Counted from the first letter of the whole stretch, positions 36,001 to 46,596 are shown. The stretch is 62,034 nucleotides of DNA, filler included, from Candidatus Desantisbacteria bacterium CG1_02_49_89 (GCA_001871075.1; 5 parts of 5 records of this genome joined end to end with filler, not necessarily neighbours in it), one strand, 5' to 3'. The notes: generated from the sequence alone by a model not told the origin. Program-made: numbers and translations.

Positions 36001-38548
36001 GCTGACAGTATTATTATAATCCGTATCAATGTTCCCAACCTCATCCCCTGCCTGCACTATCACGTCAGGCGAAGGATTGTTTTTTGTGACCGAGAAGGCA
36101 TCACTTATGATCCTTAGCCTGCTCGCAGTGAAACGTATGTTTGAACCTCCGGTAAGGCGCACGTCATCAAACCAGGCTGTTGAACCTGCCTGCGTGGGCT
36201 GGTAAACAGAACACCCGATACGGAACTTCACGCACCCGCCTTCAACTGAAGGGCTTAAAGAGTATTCCTGCCATGCCTGGTTGCTGGTTGTCACAAAACT
36301 TGTCCATTCCTGGGACATTATATTGCCGTTCAGGTCCAGGTGGTGGATGAAGAACGCTGCCTGCGCCCCGGTTGCAAGGGTGCCTGTTTTCAGCCAACCG
36401 CTCAAAAAGTAGACTGCGCCCGGCTCAACTTCCACGACCTGCTCCCAGTTCGTCCAGGTCTCGGTAAGCTGGGCGTTTTCGACCTTCGCGCTCATCCTGC
36501 CTGAACGGAAAACAGCGTTGTCCCATTTGTAGTTTGAATCCGGCACAGACCTGGTCCACGCGTCAGGCCATACAGAACCGTCTTCAAAAGAATTATTCAG
36601 AAGAAGGCTTCCTGACACAGTGCATCCGTCCGCCGTGGCGGAAAGCAGGTCAGGCCCGCAGTAGATCGAAGATACCGCAAAAGTGCATTGCCCATTAAGA
36701 TCAGTCGTCTGCGCGAACCCGGGACTTATGACATCAGAGTTCGCCCTTGCTGAAGCAAGGGTGACTGATATCCCCGCTACCGGATAACCGAACGTATCTT
36801 TTATGGATACGACTGCAGTTATAGAATCAGAGCCGGTTGCCCTGGCCCGCTTCGCGTCAAACGCAAGGCTTGAAGTGAAGGCATTAGGGCCGGGGACGAG
36901 GATCTCATTAACCTGGGTGTCTTCAAAGAACCCTTCACCTGAAGCTGTAAGCAGGAAAAAGCCCGCGTTCGCGTCAATATAATAAACAACCGCCGCGCCT
37001 TCATAGAAATACACGGACGTGGTATCCGCCCAGGAAGTTGAAGAAACCGAGAATCTGCCTCCAGGCGAGGAGGAACCGAGGACTATGGTATCAAAACACG
37101 AAGCTATCCTGCTGCCGTTCCTGTCCTGCGCTTCAAGCAGGATGGCAGGCGACGGGTTGTTCTGCGTCATTGAGAATTCAGGGGATGTAAAAACTATTTT
37201 TTTAACAGCTATAAACTCGATCCTGCATTCCTTATTATAAAGCGCTGTAATTTCATCGGCAGACAACGCCCTTCCGTAGATCCTGACTTCATCCACTATG
37301 CCGTCTAAAGCCCCGCCTTCAACGTCCGGCGGGTAATTATTGCTTGCGCGCAACATTATACTGCCGTCATCCCCAAGCGGGTTGATAGGAGAAGATGCCT
37401 GCACTTCACTTCCATTTAAGTACGTTTTGAAATCGCCATTCTGAACATAGACGCTGACAAGGTGATTCCAGGAATCCAGGGGAAGCGGAGTGATGCCAGC
37501 GTCAGCGAACAGTAGGTAATTAACTCTTCCCTCCACTTCTGCCGCAGCTGTCCCGTCAGACCACAGCGTGAACATCCATGGACCGGGAAATTTACCTAGT
37601 ATCTGCGCGCAGTTCGAAGGGTAGTTGAACACCTTGACCCAGGCTTCAACCGTGATGGTCGTGTTCAGTATCGTTGAAGAATCGCACTGCATGTAAGAGC
37701 TGACCCCGTCATACCTTATAGCTGAGCCTGAAAGCCCGTCTGTGACCCACAAGCCCCCTGAATTGGTCCCGGTATAACCCCTTCCGGAATAATCCTCAAG
37801 ACTGCTGTCAAAATGCCATATGCCTTCTGCGCTGTCAAGGTTTACGCCCATTGTGATGACCTGGCCTTCGCACAGCGCCGTGATCGTATCAATGCCCGCG
37901 TTTTCCGAAACAATGCTTCCCGCGCACAGGCCTTCCGCGTCAGTGAGCGAAACCGGCTGGAAAATAGTATCAGCAGGCTCTCCCCTTCCGGTCATGATAG
38001 TCACCTGCATTCCCGCGACCGGGAACCCGAAAGTATCATTCACGGTTATCATGACCGTGCACGCCGAAGCTCCGTCAGCGCTCATCCTTGCCTGGTTTAT
38101 CGTGATGTATGAACCAGGCCCGCTTGGCACTGAAAACTGGATAGTTTCCGCCTGAGTTGCGGGCGTAAGCCCGTCCCGCGAAACAGTGATCGAGACACCT
38201 TCGGATATACAGGAACTGCCGTCCTTGTAATAAAAGACCGCCCTTCCCTGCGCAAGCGTAATAGCATCGGTATCCTGCCAAATTATCCTGTCCGCGCTGA
38301 ACCTGCCGGCAGGCGAACCGGTTGACAGATTAACAGTCTCATTGAACGACGTGTCTATGATATTCCCCGCGTCCTGCGCCTCCACGACAACTGACTGAGA
38401 AGGATGGGTTTCGGTTGAAGTGAACGGGTTTGTGACGATCACAAGCTGGGTGGCCTGGCCCCATACTACAGTGACCAGTGGCCAGCAAGAGAAAAATAAA
38501 AAGATTTATTAGAAAATATTTCGTTTTTTTATTATTATGTCTTTCCAT
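30055..38548 (-). CDS. Giant secreted protein (>2800 aa) with repeated Ig-like (invasin/Big_1) and LamG modules, a CBM-like domain and C-terminal DUF11-like domain; two frameshifts (~38475, ~32000); 3' end cut by contig end
   Basis: ORFs 38339-38548 (signal peptide), 31990-38442 and 30003-31886 are collinear; repeats V.DTFG.PV.G..VTL, TD.NG, W.F.EG.G..A.D.SG, F.G.IDEV.IY..AL. Confidence 0.85.
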
Positions 38549-38662
38549 GGCTGAACCTCCGCGAATTTTTTAGAATTCAAGTTGACAGTTGCCAGTTGTG
38601 AGTTTTCGGTTTAACTGCTTCTTTTGTTTCGGGTTTCGGGTTTTACTGCTTTATCCTTGTCT

Positions 38663-40405
38663 TCACTCTGATACGTTGATACGTTGACACTTTGACACGC
38701 TTTTAAAGATTTCTTCCCGTTTCAGAGCACTATTGAAGATCTTCACTTCCCTTATGATCCCGTTGAAGCATGAATGCGGCTCCCGCCAGGACGCGTCGTT
38801 GCCGAACGAAAGTGCCTCATCCCCTGCGATCTCTCCCAGGTCCTCCTTTTCTTCTCCCTCAAGCTTCCCGTCAACGTATATCCTGATGCGCTTTGCCCCT
38901 GTGTCCCTCACGCCCGCCAGAAAATGCCATTTATTATCGTTGACAAGTGTCCTTGAGAACGCGTAGGCAACGCCTTTCCCCTCGTGCCATATCTGGAAGA
39001 ACGCCTTCCCTATCAGTCCCGCGTCATAACCGCCCATGCTCAAGCCCCAGAATATGCGCGACTGGCTCTTTTTATCCTTGCGCACGATAACCTTGTCCCC
39101 CTCGCCGATCCCGGGTTTCTGGGATGTCTTGACCCAGGCGCACACGGTCCAGTCGCCTGTCCTTGGGTTAAGGGTTTCGCTGTGCGGGATCTCAACCATC
39201 GCGTTCCTGCTGAATTTCAGGCCTGCCGCTCTTTTCCTGCCCACCCAGACAGCGCCGTCGATTTTCGCGTCCCTGCCTTTTCCGCTCCTGTCAGACACTT
39301 CCTTTCCCTCGGGCCTGTCAAACCTCCACCACCCGACCATCGTTGATTCGCGCACGATGAGTTCTGAATCAAGGACCACCTTTTCTCCGGAACCATTGCC
39401 GTTGCCGTTGCGCCCGTTGCCGTTATGGCCATTACCGTTATGGCCGTTGCCGTTGCAGTTGCCGTTCTTGAGCATTTTTACAAGCATTTCCACTGCCCTT
39501 GAAGCGACCTGGGAAGCGGGAATACTCACTATGGTAAGCGGCGGGTCATAATTCTGAGAGAGCGATGTGTTGTTGAACCCCACAACCGCGATATCCTGCG
39601 GGATCTTGAATTTCTTCTCCTTCGCGAAATTCATCGCGCCTATTGCCATAAGGTCGTTGCACGCCACAACTCCGTCAGGCACAAGCCCGTTCTTAATAAG
39701 CCCGTCCATTATGGAATAACCGCTCTGAATGCTGTAATCGCCGTTTATAACAAGGTCAGGGTTGGGCTCAATATTATTTTCCTTTAGCGCTGCCCTGTAC
39801 CCGGCAAGCCTTTCCCTGTCGTTCCCGATATCGGAAGGGCCCGCGATAAAACATATCCTCTTTTTTCCCATGATTATCAGGTGCTCTGTCGCCTTCTGTC
39901 CCGCCCTTATGTCATCCACGTCCACGCTGCTGTTGAATATCTTGGATGAGTTTTTGCCTATCAGCACGGCTGGGAACTGCATGATCTCCTGGCTGAGGGA
40001 AAACCCGTTGGACAAAAGCGGCGCCTCGATGATAAGCCCGTCCACGTGGGAATTACCGATAACCTCCTTGAAAACGTTCTCGCCTCCGTCCATGTCAAAA
40101 GCAAAAAAGAGAAGCGAATAATTGTGCTTTCTCGCTTCTCTTTCAAGGTTTACCAGCATCTCGTAGTAATAAGGGTCGGCCAGGATGGATCTTCCGCGCG
40201 GGACGCAGTAGCCGATGGCGTCGCTCTTGTTGAGTTTCAGGCCTCTTCCGTAAGGGTTGGGGTGGTAGTTGAGTTTCTGCACCGCCTTCAGGACCCTCAG
40301 CCTGGTCCTGGCGCTGACCTCCCCTTTGTGTTTTTCGTTCATGACGAACGAAACCGCTGACGGCGATATCCCCGCCAGCTTCGCTACTTCTTTTATTGTT
40401 GACAT
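38663..40405 (-). CDS. LacI-family transcriptional regulator with C-terminal LamG domain
   Basis: TIKEVAKLAGISPSAVS HTH, sugar-binding fold (IPQDIAVVGFNN, PPLT, LIVRES), then GWWRFD...FNGIIREVKIFNSAL; ATG 40405 after GGAGG. Confidence 0.9.
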   Translation of the reverse strand: MSTIKEVAKLAGISPSAVSFVMNEKHKGEVSARTRLRVLKAVQKLNYHPNPYGRGLKLNKSDAIGYCVPRGRSILADPYYYEMLVNLEREARKHNYSLLFFAFDMDGGENVFKEVIGNSHVDGLIIEAPLLSNGFSLSQEIMQFPAVLIGKNSSKIFNSSVDVDDIRAGQKATEHLIIMGKKRICFIAGPSDIGNDRERLAGYRAALKENNIEPNPDLVINGDYSIQSGYSIMDGLIKNGLVPDGVVACNDLMAIGAMNFAKEKKFKIPQDIAVVGFNNTSLSQNYDPPLTIVSIPASQVASRAVEMLVKMLKNGNCNGNGHNGNGHNGNGRNGNGNGSGEKVVLDSELIVRESTMVGWWRFDRPEGKEVSDRSGKGRDAKIDGAVWVGRKRAAGLKFSRNAMVEIPHSETLNPRTGDWTVCAWVKTSQKPGIGEGDKVIVRKDKKSQSRIFWGLSMGGYDAGLIGKAFFQIWHEGKGVAYAFSRTLVNDNKWHFLAGVRDTGAKRIRIYVDGKLEGEEKEDLGEIAGDEALSFGNDASWREPHSCFNGIIREVKIFNSALKREEIFKSVSKCQRINVSE

Positions 40406-40640
40406 GCCAACCTCCAAAAAAGTTTATAGAGTTTATAAAGTTTATACAGTTTACAGAGTAGAATAAAGAACTTGGATTTAGGAAAAAGGGGAACAGCAAG
40501 CAACGCGATTTATGGGATTAGTGGTTTGAAAAGAAACTTTGAGCATTAGAGGGATAAGTGGATTAGAGAAGTTATTTTATAAGCAGTAACACCGTAATCG
40601 TCTTTTAGAAATCACTGTAATCATAATTTAACTAAACAGG

Positions 40641-40656
40641 ACTAAATCGATTTAGT
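40641..40656. promoter_or_regulatory. LacI-type palindromic operator
   Basis: ACTAAATCGATTTAGT perfect 16-bp palindrome with central CG, just downstream of the promoter. Confidence 0.7.
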
Positions 40657-40666
40657 TTTCAATACG

Positions 40667-40694
40667 ATTATACCATAATTCAGGTAAATGTCAA
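40667..40694 (-). promoter_or_regulatory. Sigma70 promoter of the lacI-like gene
   Basis: TTGACA-16bp-TATAAT on the minus strand with extended -10 TG. Confidence 0.72.
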
Positions 40695-41220
40695 GAAAAA
40701 AAACATTAATGTTCCGCAACATTCAAAATGTCACATTTGGGAACCTTAAAATGTCACATCGCTCATAGTTGGTACTCTCCGATTTTCTGCTCATCTTTTA
40801 ACACAATAATCTTTTTGTTGGGGATAAGACACACGGTTACTTCCTGCTCCGGAAATCGTCCTACTTTCCAGATTCTGCCTTCGAGAGTACCCACCCCCCT
40901 CACCCTACCCCTCTCCCTCGAGGGGAGAGGATAAAGGAGAGGGTGATTATTACCTGATTTTTAAACCAGCCAGCCTAAATCAATTTCCCCCAGATAGGTA
41001 TACTTCTGATTGTTCCCCAGGTATACTTTTGATTATTTCCGCACAGAAAAAAANNNNNNNNNNNNNNNNNNNNNNNNNNNNNNNNNNNNNNNNNNNNTTA
41101 ATTAATTAANNNNNNNNNNNNNNNNNNNNNNNNNNNNNNNNNNNNNNNNNNNNATTATGCATATTTATATATTATATATATCATATACAATAAACAGGTC
41201 AGACATCTAGCATCCAGCAT

Positions 41221-41386
41221 CTAGTGTGGTGTCACATAAATCCCTTGACATTTGATTCTGCTTTGAGTTGTCATTGCGAGCGACCAAAGGGAGCGTGGCA
41301 ATCTCGATTTTTAGGTCGAGATTGCTTCGTCGTTAACACTCCTCGCAAAGCCCAAATGTAAAGATCTGTTAGAGACACCACACTAG
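41221..41386 (+). mobile_element. MITE copy B (166 bp, 4-bp internal deletion)
   Basis: CTAGTGTGGTGTC...GACACCACACTAG inserted in a catctag/catccag heptamer array, CTAG at both ends. Confidence 0.88.
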
Positions 41387-41473
41387 CATCCAGCATCAAT
41401 ATTTCCGTCTTTATGGCGGGCATGCGATCCTGCCCGCCGGCTCTTTGGATTGACATTTTGTTTGGGAGGACGA

Positions 41474-42508
41474 TTGGGACTTATTTGTGGAATCGTGGGC
41501 CTGCCCAATGTGGGCAAGTCCACGCTGTTCAATGCTCTCACAAGAGCGAAAGCCGCAATTGCCAACTACCCCTTCACGACTATCGAGCCGAACGTCGGGG
41601 TGGTAGAGGTCCCGGATGAGAGACTCCAGGTTCTCGCCAGAATAATCAAGCCCAAAAAGTTAACACCTACCACTATCAAGTTCCTTGACATTGCAGGACT
41701 CGTCAGGAACGCCCACAAAGGTGAGGGGCTTGGAAACCAGTTCCTATCTCATATCCGCGATGTGGACCTGATCGTTGAGGTTGTTCGTTCGTTTGAGGAT
41801 TCGGGCGTTATTCACGTAAGCGGCGCAGTGGACCCGGCAAGGGACATAGACGTTATTAACCTTGAGCTTGCTTTTGCCGACCTCGATTATCTTTCCAAGC
41901 AGATCAACAACAAGAGAAAGAATGTTTCAGCTGACAAGAAAGATCTGCCAATACTGGAAAAGATAAGGGACGGGATAGACAGCGGCAAGCCCGTGATGCG
42001 CGCCGACCTCAGCGCGGGTGAGCTTGAACTTATGCTGCCCCACCCCATCCTCACGCTGAAACCGATACTGTACCTGCTGAATACGATCGAAGAGAAAATG
42101 CCCGATGAGCTCATCAGGTTCGCGCCGCTCCTCATAAACGCGAAGCTGGAGCTTGAGCTCGCTGACCTGCCGGAAGCCGAGAGGAAGGAATTCCAGCCCG
42201 AGGGCTGCGGCCTTGGCCGGTTGATAAGGGCCTGTTACGGAATGTTGGGGCTTATGACGTTCTTTACCGTAAAGGGAGACGAAACCCGCGCCTGGACAAT
42301 AGCTAAAGGGACAAAGGCGCCGCAGGCGGCAGGCAAGGTGCATTCAGACATGGAGCGGGGGTTCATCTGCGCGGAGACGATCGCGGTCAGAGAGCTGGAA
42401 AAACTGAATTCGATAACCGAAGCAAGGGAAAAAGGAATGCTGCGCACAGAGGGGCGCGAATACGAGGTGCAGGACGGGGACGTGATCCAGTTCCGCTTTA
42501 ATGTCTAA
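41474..42508 (+). CDS. ychF: Redox-regulated ATPase YchF
   Basis: GIVGLPNVGKSTLFNALT, ANYPFTTIEPN, DIAGLV, GEGLGNQFL, C-terminal FRFNV; TTG start after GGAGG. Confidence 0.95.
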   Translation: MGLICGIVGLPNVGKSTLFNALTRAKAAIANYPFTTIEPNVGVVEVPDERLQVLARIIKPKKLTPTTIKFLDIAGLVRNAHKGEGLGNQFLSHIRDVDLIVEVVRSFEDSGVIHVSGAVDPARDIDVINLELAFADLDYLSKQINNKRKNVSADKKDLPILEKIRDGIDSGKPVMRADLSAGELELMLPHPILTLKPILYLLNTIEEKMPDELIRFAPLLINAKLELELADLPEAERKEFQPEGCGLGRLIRACYGMLGLMTFFTVKGDETRAWTIAKGTKAPQAAGKVHSDMERGFICAETIAVRELEKLNSITEAREKGMLRTEGREYEVQDGDVIQFRFNV

Positions 42509-42636
42509 TTTAACCGTCGAGCGTCGTAAGTCGAGAGTCGTTCGTTAACTTATTAATTCATCAAACGTAAGACGTACGACGTATGACGTACGACAAATAA
42601 ACACCGAAATCAAAAAGAAATAAGGAGGAAGATATA

Positions 42637-43047
42637 ATGGTAAAACAGTACGAGTGTATCACGGTGATCGATCCGGCAGTGACGGACGCCCAGAAAGCCG
42701 AACTCATCCAGAAGGTCAAGGGCATTATGTCAAATACGAAAGGGGATGTTGAGAAGGTGGAGGACTGGGGCAGGCGCGAGCTCGCTTACAAGATCAAAGG
42801 AAAGAGCCAGGGACTGTATATCTGGTTTATCCTTAGGGGAGAAGCCGGGTTTATACCGGAGCTTGAAGCAGCTTTCAAGCTCGATGAAAGGGTTCTTCGG
42901 CACCTTATACTCATCCGGCAGAAACCGGATGTTATCAAGGCAAAGCCCGGGAAGCCGGGGACAGAAGAGAAACCGGAAGAGAGCAGCAAGCCGGCAGAAG
43001 AACCGCCGGCAGGACAAACCGAGCCAGGCGTGCAGGAACCCCAATAG
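42637..43047 (+). CDS. rpsF: 30S ribosomal protein S6
   Basis: YE...IDP, WGRRELAYKI, VLRHL. Confidence 0.93.
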   Translation: MVKQYECITVIDPAVTDAQKAELIQKVKGIMSNTKGDVEKVEDWGRRELAYKIKGKSQGLYIWFILRGEAGFIPELEAAFKLDERVLRHLILIRQKPDVIKAKPGKPGTEEKPEESSKPAEEPPAGQTEPGVQEPQ

Positions 43048-43217
43048 AAACTGATTACACAGATTATTAGATGCTGATTACACCGATTACAAGATTTTAA
43101 AATTCAATATTTTTAAACGTTTTCAAAAAGGTAGTGTGACCACCTATTTTAATCTGTGTAATCATCTTTTTGAAATCGGTGTAATCATATACTAAACAAA
43201 AAAGGAGGATGTAAATA

Positions 43218-43481
43218 GTGCGAGACAGCAAAGGACAGGAGAGAAGACCGGGTGGTCCAAGGAAAAGGATGAGGTTTGCGCCCAAGAAATGCAAGTTCTG
43301 CATGGACAAGATCCCGTATATCGATTACAAGGACATAGCTCTGCTGAGAAGGTTCATAACACCTTCAGGCAAAATATTGGGCAGCCGTATTACCGGGAAC
43401 TGTTCAAGGCACCAATCATACCTTACCCGCGCGATCAAAAGGGCAAGGTATCTTGCGCTGATCCCGTTCATCGCCATCTAA
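43218..43481 (+). CDS. rpsR: 30S ribosomal protein S18 (Zn-binding type)
   Basis: [28 protein letters not shown]. Confidence 0.95.
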   Translation: MRDSKGQERRPGGPRKRMRFAPKKCKFCMDKIPYIDYKDIALLRRFITPSGKILGSRITGNCSRHQSYLTRAIKRARYLALIPFIAI

Positions 43482-43624
43482 ATACGATTACGGTGATTCT
43501 GTAAAGATGATTACAGTGATTTTTTAATAACGATTACGGTGTAGAAGCAGTAACACTGTAATCAGCAGTTAATAATCACCGTAATCATTAGTTGATAATC
43601 ACTGTAATCCAGAGGGAAATAAAC

Positions 43625-44068
43625 ATGAAAGTGATACTGAGAAAAGATGTTGAGAAGCTGGGGAAAGCAAGAGACCTTTTGGATGTATCCGAAGGACATG
43701 CCCGCAACTACCTCCTTCCGAAGAACCTTGCTTACATTGCCACTCCGGGGAACATAAAGAAACTGGAGGACGAGAAGCACAGGGAGGAAACCGCGAAGGA
43801 AAGGGAGCTGCAGGCGGTGCACGACCTTAAAACGAAAATGGAGGGTGTATCCTGCACCGTTGTAAGGAAAAGCGAGCAGGAGAACCGCCTTTACGGCTCG
43901 GTCCTTGCCCCTGACATCGCGGAAGCGCTTGTCGCAAAGGGCTTCGAGGTTGATAAGAAACAGGTCGAGCTTATAGAGCCTATAAGGGAATTCGGGATAT
44001 ACACTGTGCCGGTGCGTCTGGGGCCGGATATTGTGGCCCAGGTAAAGGTGTGGGTCGTTAAGGAATAA
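43625..44068 (+). CDS. rplI: 50S ribosomal protein L9
   Basis: MKVIL..DV..LG, GHARNYLLP, LYGSV. Confidence 0.95.
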   Translation: MKVILRKDVEKLGKARDLLDVSEGHARNYLLPKNLAYIATPGNIKKLEDEKHREETAKERELQAVHDLKTKMEGVSCTVVRKSEQENRLYGSVLAPDIAEALVAKGFEVDKKQVELIEPIREFGIYTVPVRLGPDIVAQVKVWVVKE

Positions 44069-44209
44069 AAACTTGATTACGGTGATTTCAAATAAGATTA
44101 CGGTGATTATTCGAAGATTAACAGATTCTGATTAAGAATTATTTTAAATAATCACTGTAATCTCGGTTATAATCACTGTAATCATAGCGGAACGAAGTGG
44201 AGCGAAAAA

Positions 44210-45535
44210 ATGGCTGAAAAGATACCGCCGCAGAACCTGGAGGCTGAGATTTCAGTGCTGGGCGCGATGATGCTTGAGAAGGAAGCGATACCCAAGGTTG
44301 TGGAGTTCCTCATGGGGGACGATTTCTATAAGAACGCGCACAAGGAAATATTCAAGTCTATGATCTCGCTGTTTGACAGGGGCGAGCCGGTTGACCTCGT
44401 GACGCTTGCCAACGAACTCAAAAAGGGCGGGGACCTTGAAAGGATAGGGGGCGCCACGTACCTGACGTCCCTGCTTGACAGCGTGCCCACTGCCGCGAAC
44501 GTGGAATACTATGCCAAGATCGTGAAGGACAAGTCCCTGCTGCGCGCCGTCATCGACGTCTCTTCCCAGATAGTGCAGATGGGTTTCGCGGACGGGGATG
44601 CGAAGCAGACAATTGACAAGGCGCAGTCAATGCTTTTCAATGTGGCAACCGAAAAAGGTTCCAGGGGCTTTGTGCCGATGAGTAAGCTGGTTAAGGACAG
44701 TTTTGAATACATCGAAAGCCTTTCGAACAAGAAAGTATACGTTACCGGAGTCGCGACAGGATTCGTTGAATTCGATAAAATGACCAACGGGCTGCAGCCC
44801 TCAGACCTGATAATCATAGCAGGCCGTCCCGGAATGGGAAAATCCGCTTTCTGCCTTAATCTTGCCGCGCACGCCTCCATAGAGCAAAAATTGCCCGTCG
44901 CCGTGTTCAGCCTTGAAATGAGCAGCGACCAGGTCGTGCAGAGGATGCTTTTTTCCGAGGCAAGGGTGGCGGGGAAAAAACTTAAGGACGGATATGGAAG
45001 CTCGGAGGACTGGCCCAAGCTGACAAAAGCAGCCGGGCGGCTTTCTGAAGCGTCCATCTACATTGACGACAGCCCTGGCCTCAACGTGCTTGATGTGCGT
45101 TCCAGAGCAAGGCGCCTCCAGGCGGAATACGGCATAAAACTCCTGATAATAGATTACCTTCAGCTTATGACGAGCTACGAAAAAATGGAATCACGCCAGC
45201 AGGAGGTTGCCACGATCTCCCGTTCTTTAAAAGGACTTGCCAAGGAGTTGAGGATACCCGTGATCGCAGTGTCCCAGCTGAACCGCGCGCCCGAAGCAAG
45301 GAAGGAAGGCGCCAAGCCCAGGCTTGCGGACCTGCGGGAGTCCGGCGCTATCGAGCAGGACGCGGACGTGGTTGCATTCGTATACAGGGAGGAATACTAC
45401 GATCGGGACAAAGAGGACCTGAAAGGGAAGGCTCTGCTTATCCTTGAGAAGCAAAGGAACGGGCCGACCGGCGAGGTTGATCTTATCTGGATAAGCGATT
45501 ACACGAAGTTTGAAAACCCCGCCACCAGAGTTTAG
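44210..45535 (+). CDS. dnaB: Replicative DNA helicase
   Basis: PPQNLEAE, AGRPGMGKS, IIDYLQL, SQLNR, DLRESGAIEQDAD, KQRNGPTG; no intein. Confidence 0.97.
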   Translation: MAEKIPPQNLEAEISVLGAMMLEKEAIPKVVEFLMGDDFYKNAHKEIFKSMISLFDRGEPVDLVTLANELKKGGDLERIGGATYLTSLLDSVPTAANVEYYAKIVKDKSLLRAVIDVSSQIVQMGFADGDAKQTIDKAQSMLFNVATEKGSRGFVPMSKLVKDSFEYIESLSNKKVYVTGVATGFVEFDKMTNGLQPSDLIIIAGRPGMGKSAFCLNLAAHASIEQKLPVAVFSLEMSSDQVVQRMLFSEARVAGKKLKDGYGSSEDWPKLTKAAGRLSEASIYIDDSPGLNVLDVRSRARRLQAEYGIKLLIIDYLQLMTSYEKMESRQQEVATISRSLKGLAKELRIPVIAVSQLNRAPEARKEGAKPRLADLRESGAIEQDADVVAFVYREEYYDRDKEDLKGKALLILEKQRNGPTGEVDLIWISDYTKFENPATRV

Positions 45536-45729
45536 GGTTAAAAGTTAAAGGTTGAAAGTTAAAAGATTACCACGAAAGCCACACCTACGCCAAGGCTTCG
45601 GCGGGCAGGCACGAAAGTGCCACGAAAACACGAAATTCTCTTATTTTGCTGATGATAAATGACGATTGACTAATGACTGCTTTAAAAACACCGGAATCAT
45701 ATTTAAAAAATCACCGTAATCGGGACGTA

Positions 45730-46596
45730 ATGAAGAAAGTTGACCTGCACGTCCATACTAATAAGAGCGACGGAACCTTTTCTCCGGAAGAGGCTGTGGA
45801 CTACGCCTGCACCCTGGGGCTTTCCGCGATCGCCATAACCGACCACGACACGGTGCTGGGGATCCAGCCCGCGATGGTGCGCGGCGATAAATACGGCATA
45901 GAGATCATACCCGGCATAGAGATAAGCGCCGAATGGGTGGAGAACGGGGTGGAACTCGAAGTCCACATGCTGGGGTATTTTATAGATCACCGCAATTCAG
46001 GTTTCCAGAAAAGGCTGTACGAACTCTCAAACCTGCGGATGAAGCGCGCGGAGATAATACTCGGAAAGCTCAGGGGACACAACATAAAGATCGATATGGA
46101 TGAACTGAAGGAATTCCTGCAGCCGTCTGAATCAGGCACCCCCTGGGTCGGAAGGCTGCACATAGCGCAGGCAATGGTAAAGAAAGGCTGCGTGAAATCA
46201 ATAAACAGGGCGTTTGACCAGTACATAGGGAACGGCAAATGCTGCTACGTGCCGAAACACCAGCTCACCCCGGAAGGCGCGGTCCAGATGATAAAGGAAA
46301 TGAAGGGCCTTGCGGTCATAGCCCACCCCGGCCTGCTGAACCAGGAATTTTCCGCTTCGCTTATAAGGCGCCTTGTAAAGAACGGCCTTGACGGCATAGA
46401 GATATATTACCCGGAACACAGCCCGACCACTATAAGGAACATGGAAATGCTCGCTGCGGAAAACAGCATCCTCGCAACCGGCGGCACTGACTGCCACGGT
46501 TTCGCGAAAGGGAACATACTGATGGGAACCCTTGATGTTCCCTACGAACTGCTTGAGAAAATGAAAGAAAGACACTCTCGCGCACAGGGAGGATGA
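45730..46596 (+). CDS. PHP-domain phosphoesterase (TrpH/YciV-like)
   Basis: DLHVHT..SDG, AITDHD, GRLHIA, AHP, GGTDCHG. Confidence 0.9.
   Translation: MKKVDLHVHTNKSDGTFSPEEAVDYACTLGLSAIAITDHDTVLGIQPAMVRGDKYGIEIIPGIEISAEWVENGVELEVHMLGYFIDHRNSGFQKRLYELSNLRMKRAEIILGKLRGHNIKIDMDELKEFLQPSESGTPWVGRLHIAQAMVKKGCVKSINRAFDQYIGNGKCCYVPKHQLTPEGAVQMIKEMKGLAVIAHPGLLNQEFSASLIRRLVKNGLDGIEIYYPEHSPTTIRNMEMLAAENSILATGGTDCHGFAKGNILMGTLDVPYELLEKMKERHSRAQGG

Noticed and set aside
32678-38281. Many plus-strand and alternate-frame ORFs within large genes (also throughout the ORF track)
   Set aside because: Shadow ORFs of genes with clear family motifs on another frame or strand
44210-45535. Intein in DnaB
   Set aside because: 441 aa with contiguous helicase motifs; no insertion
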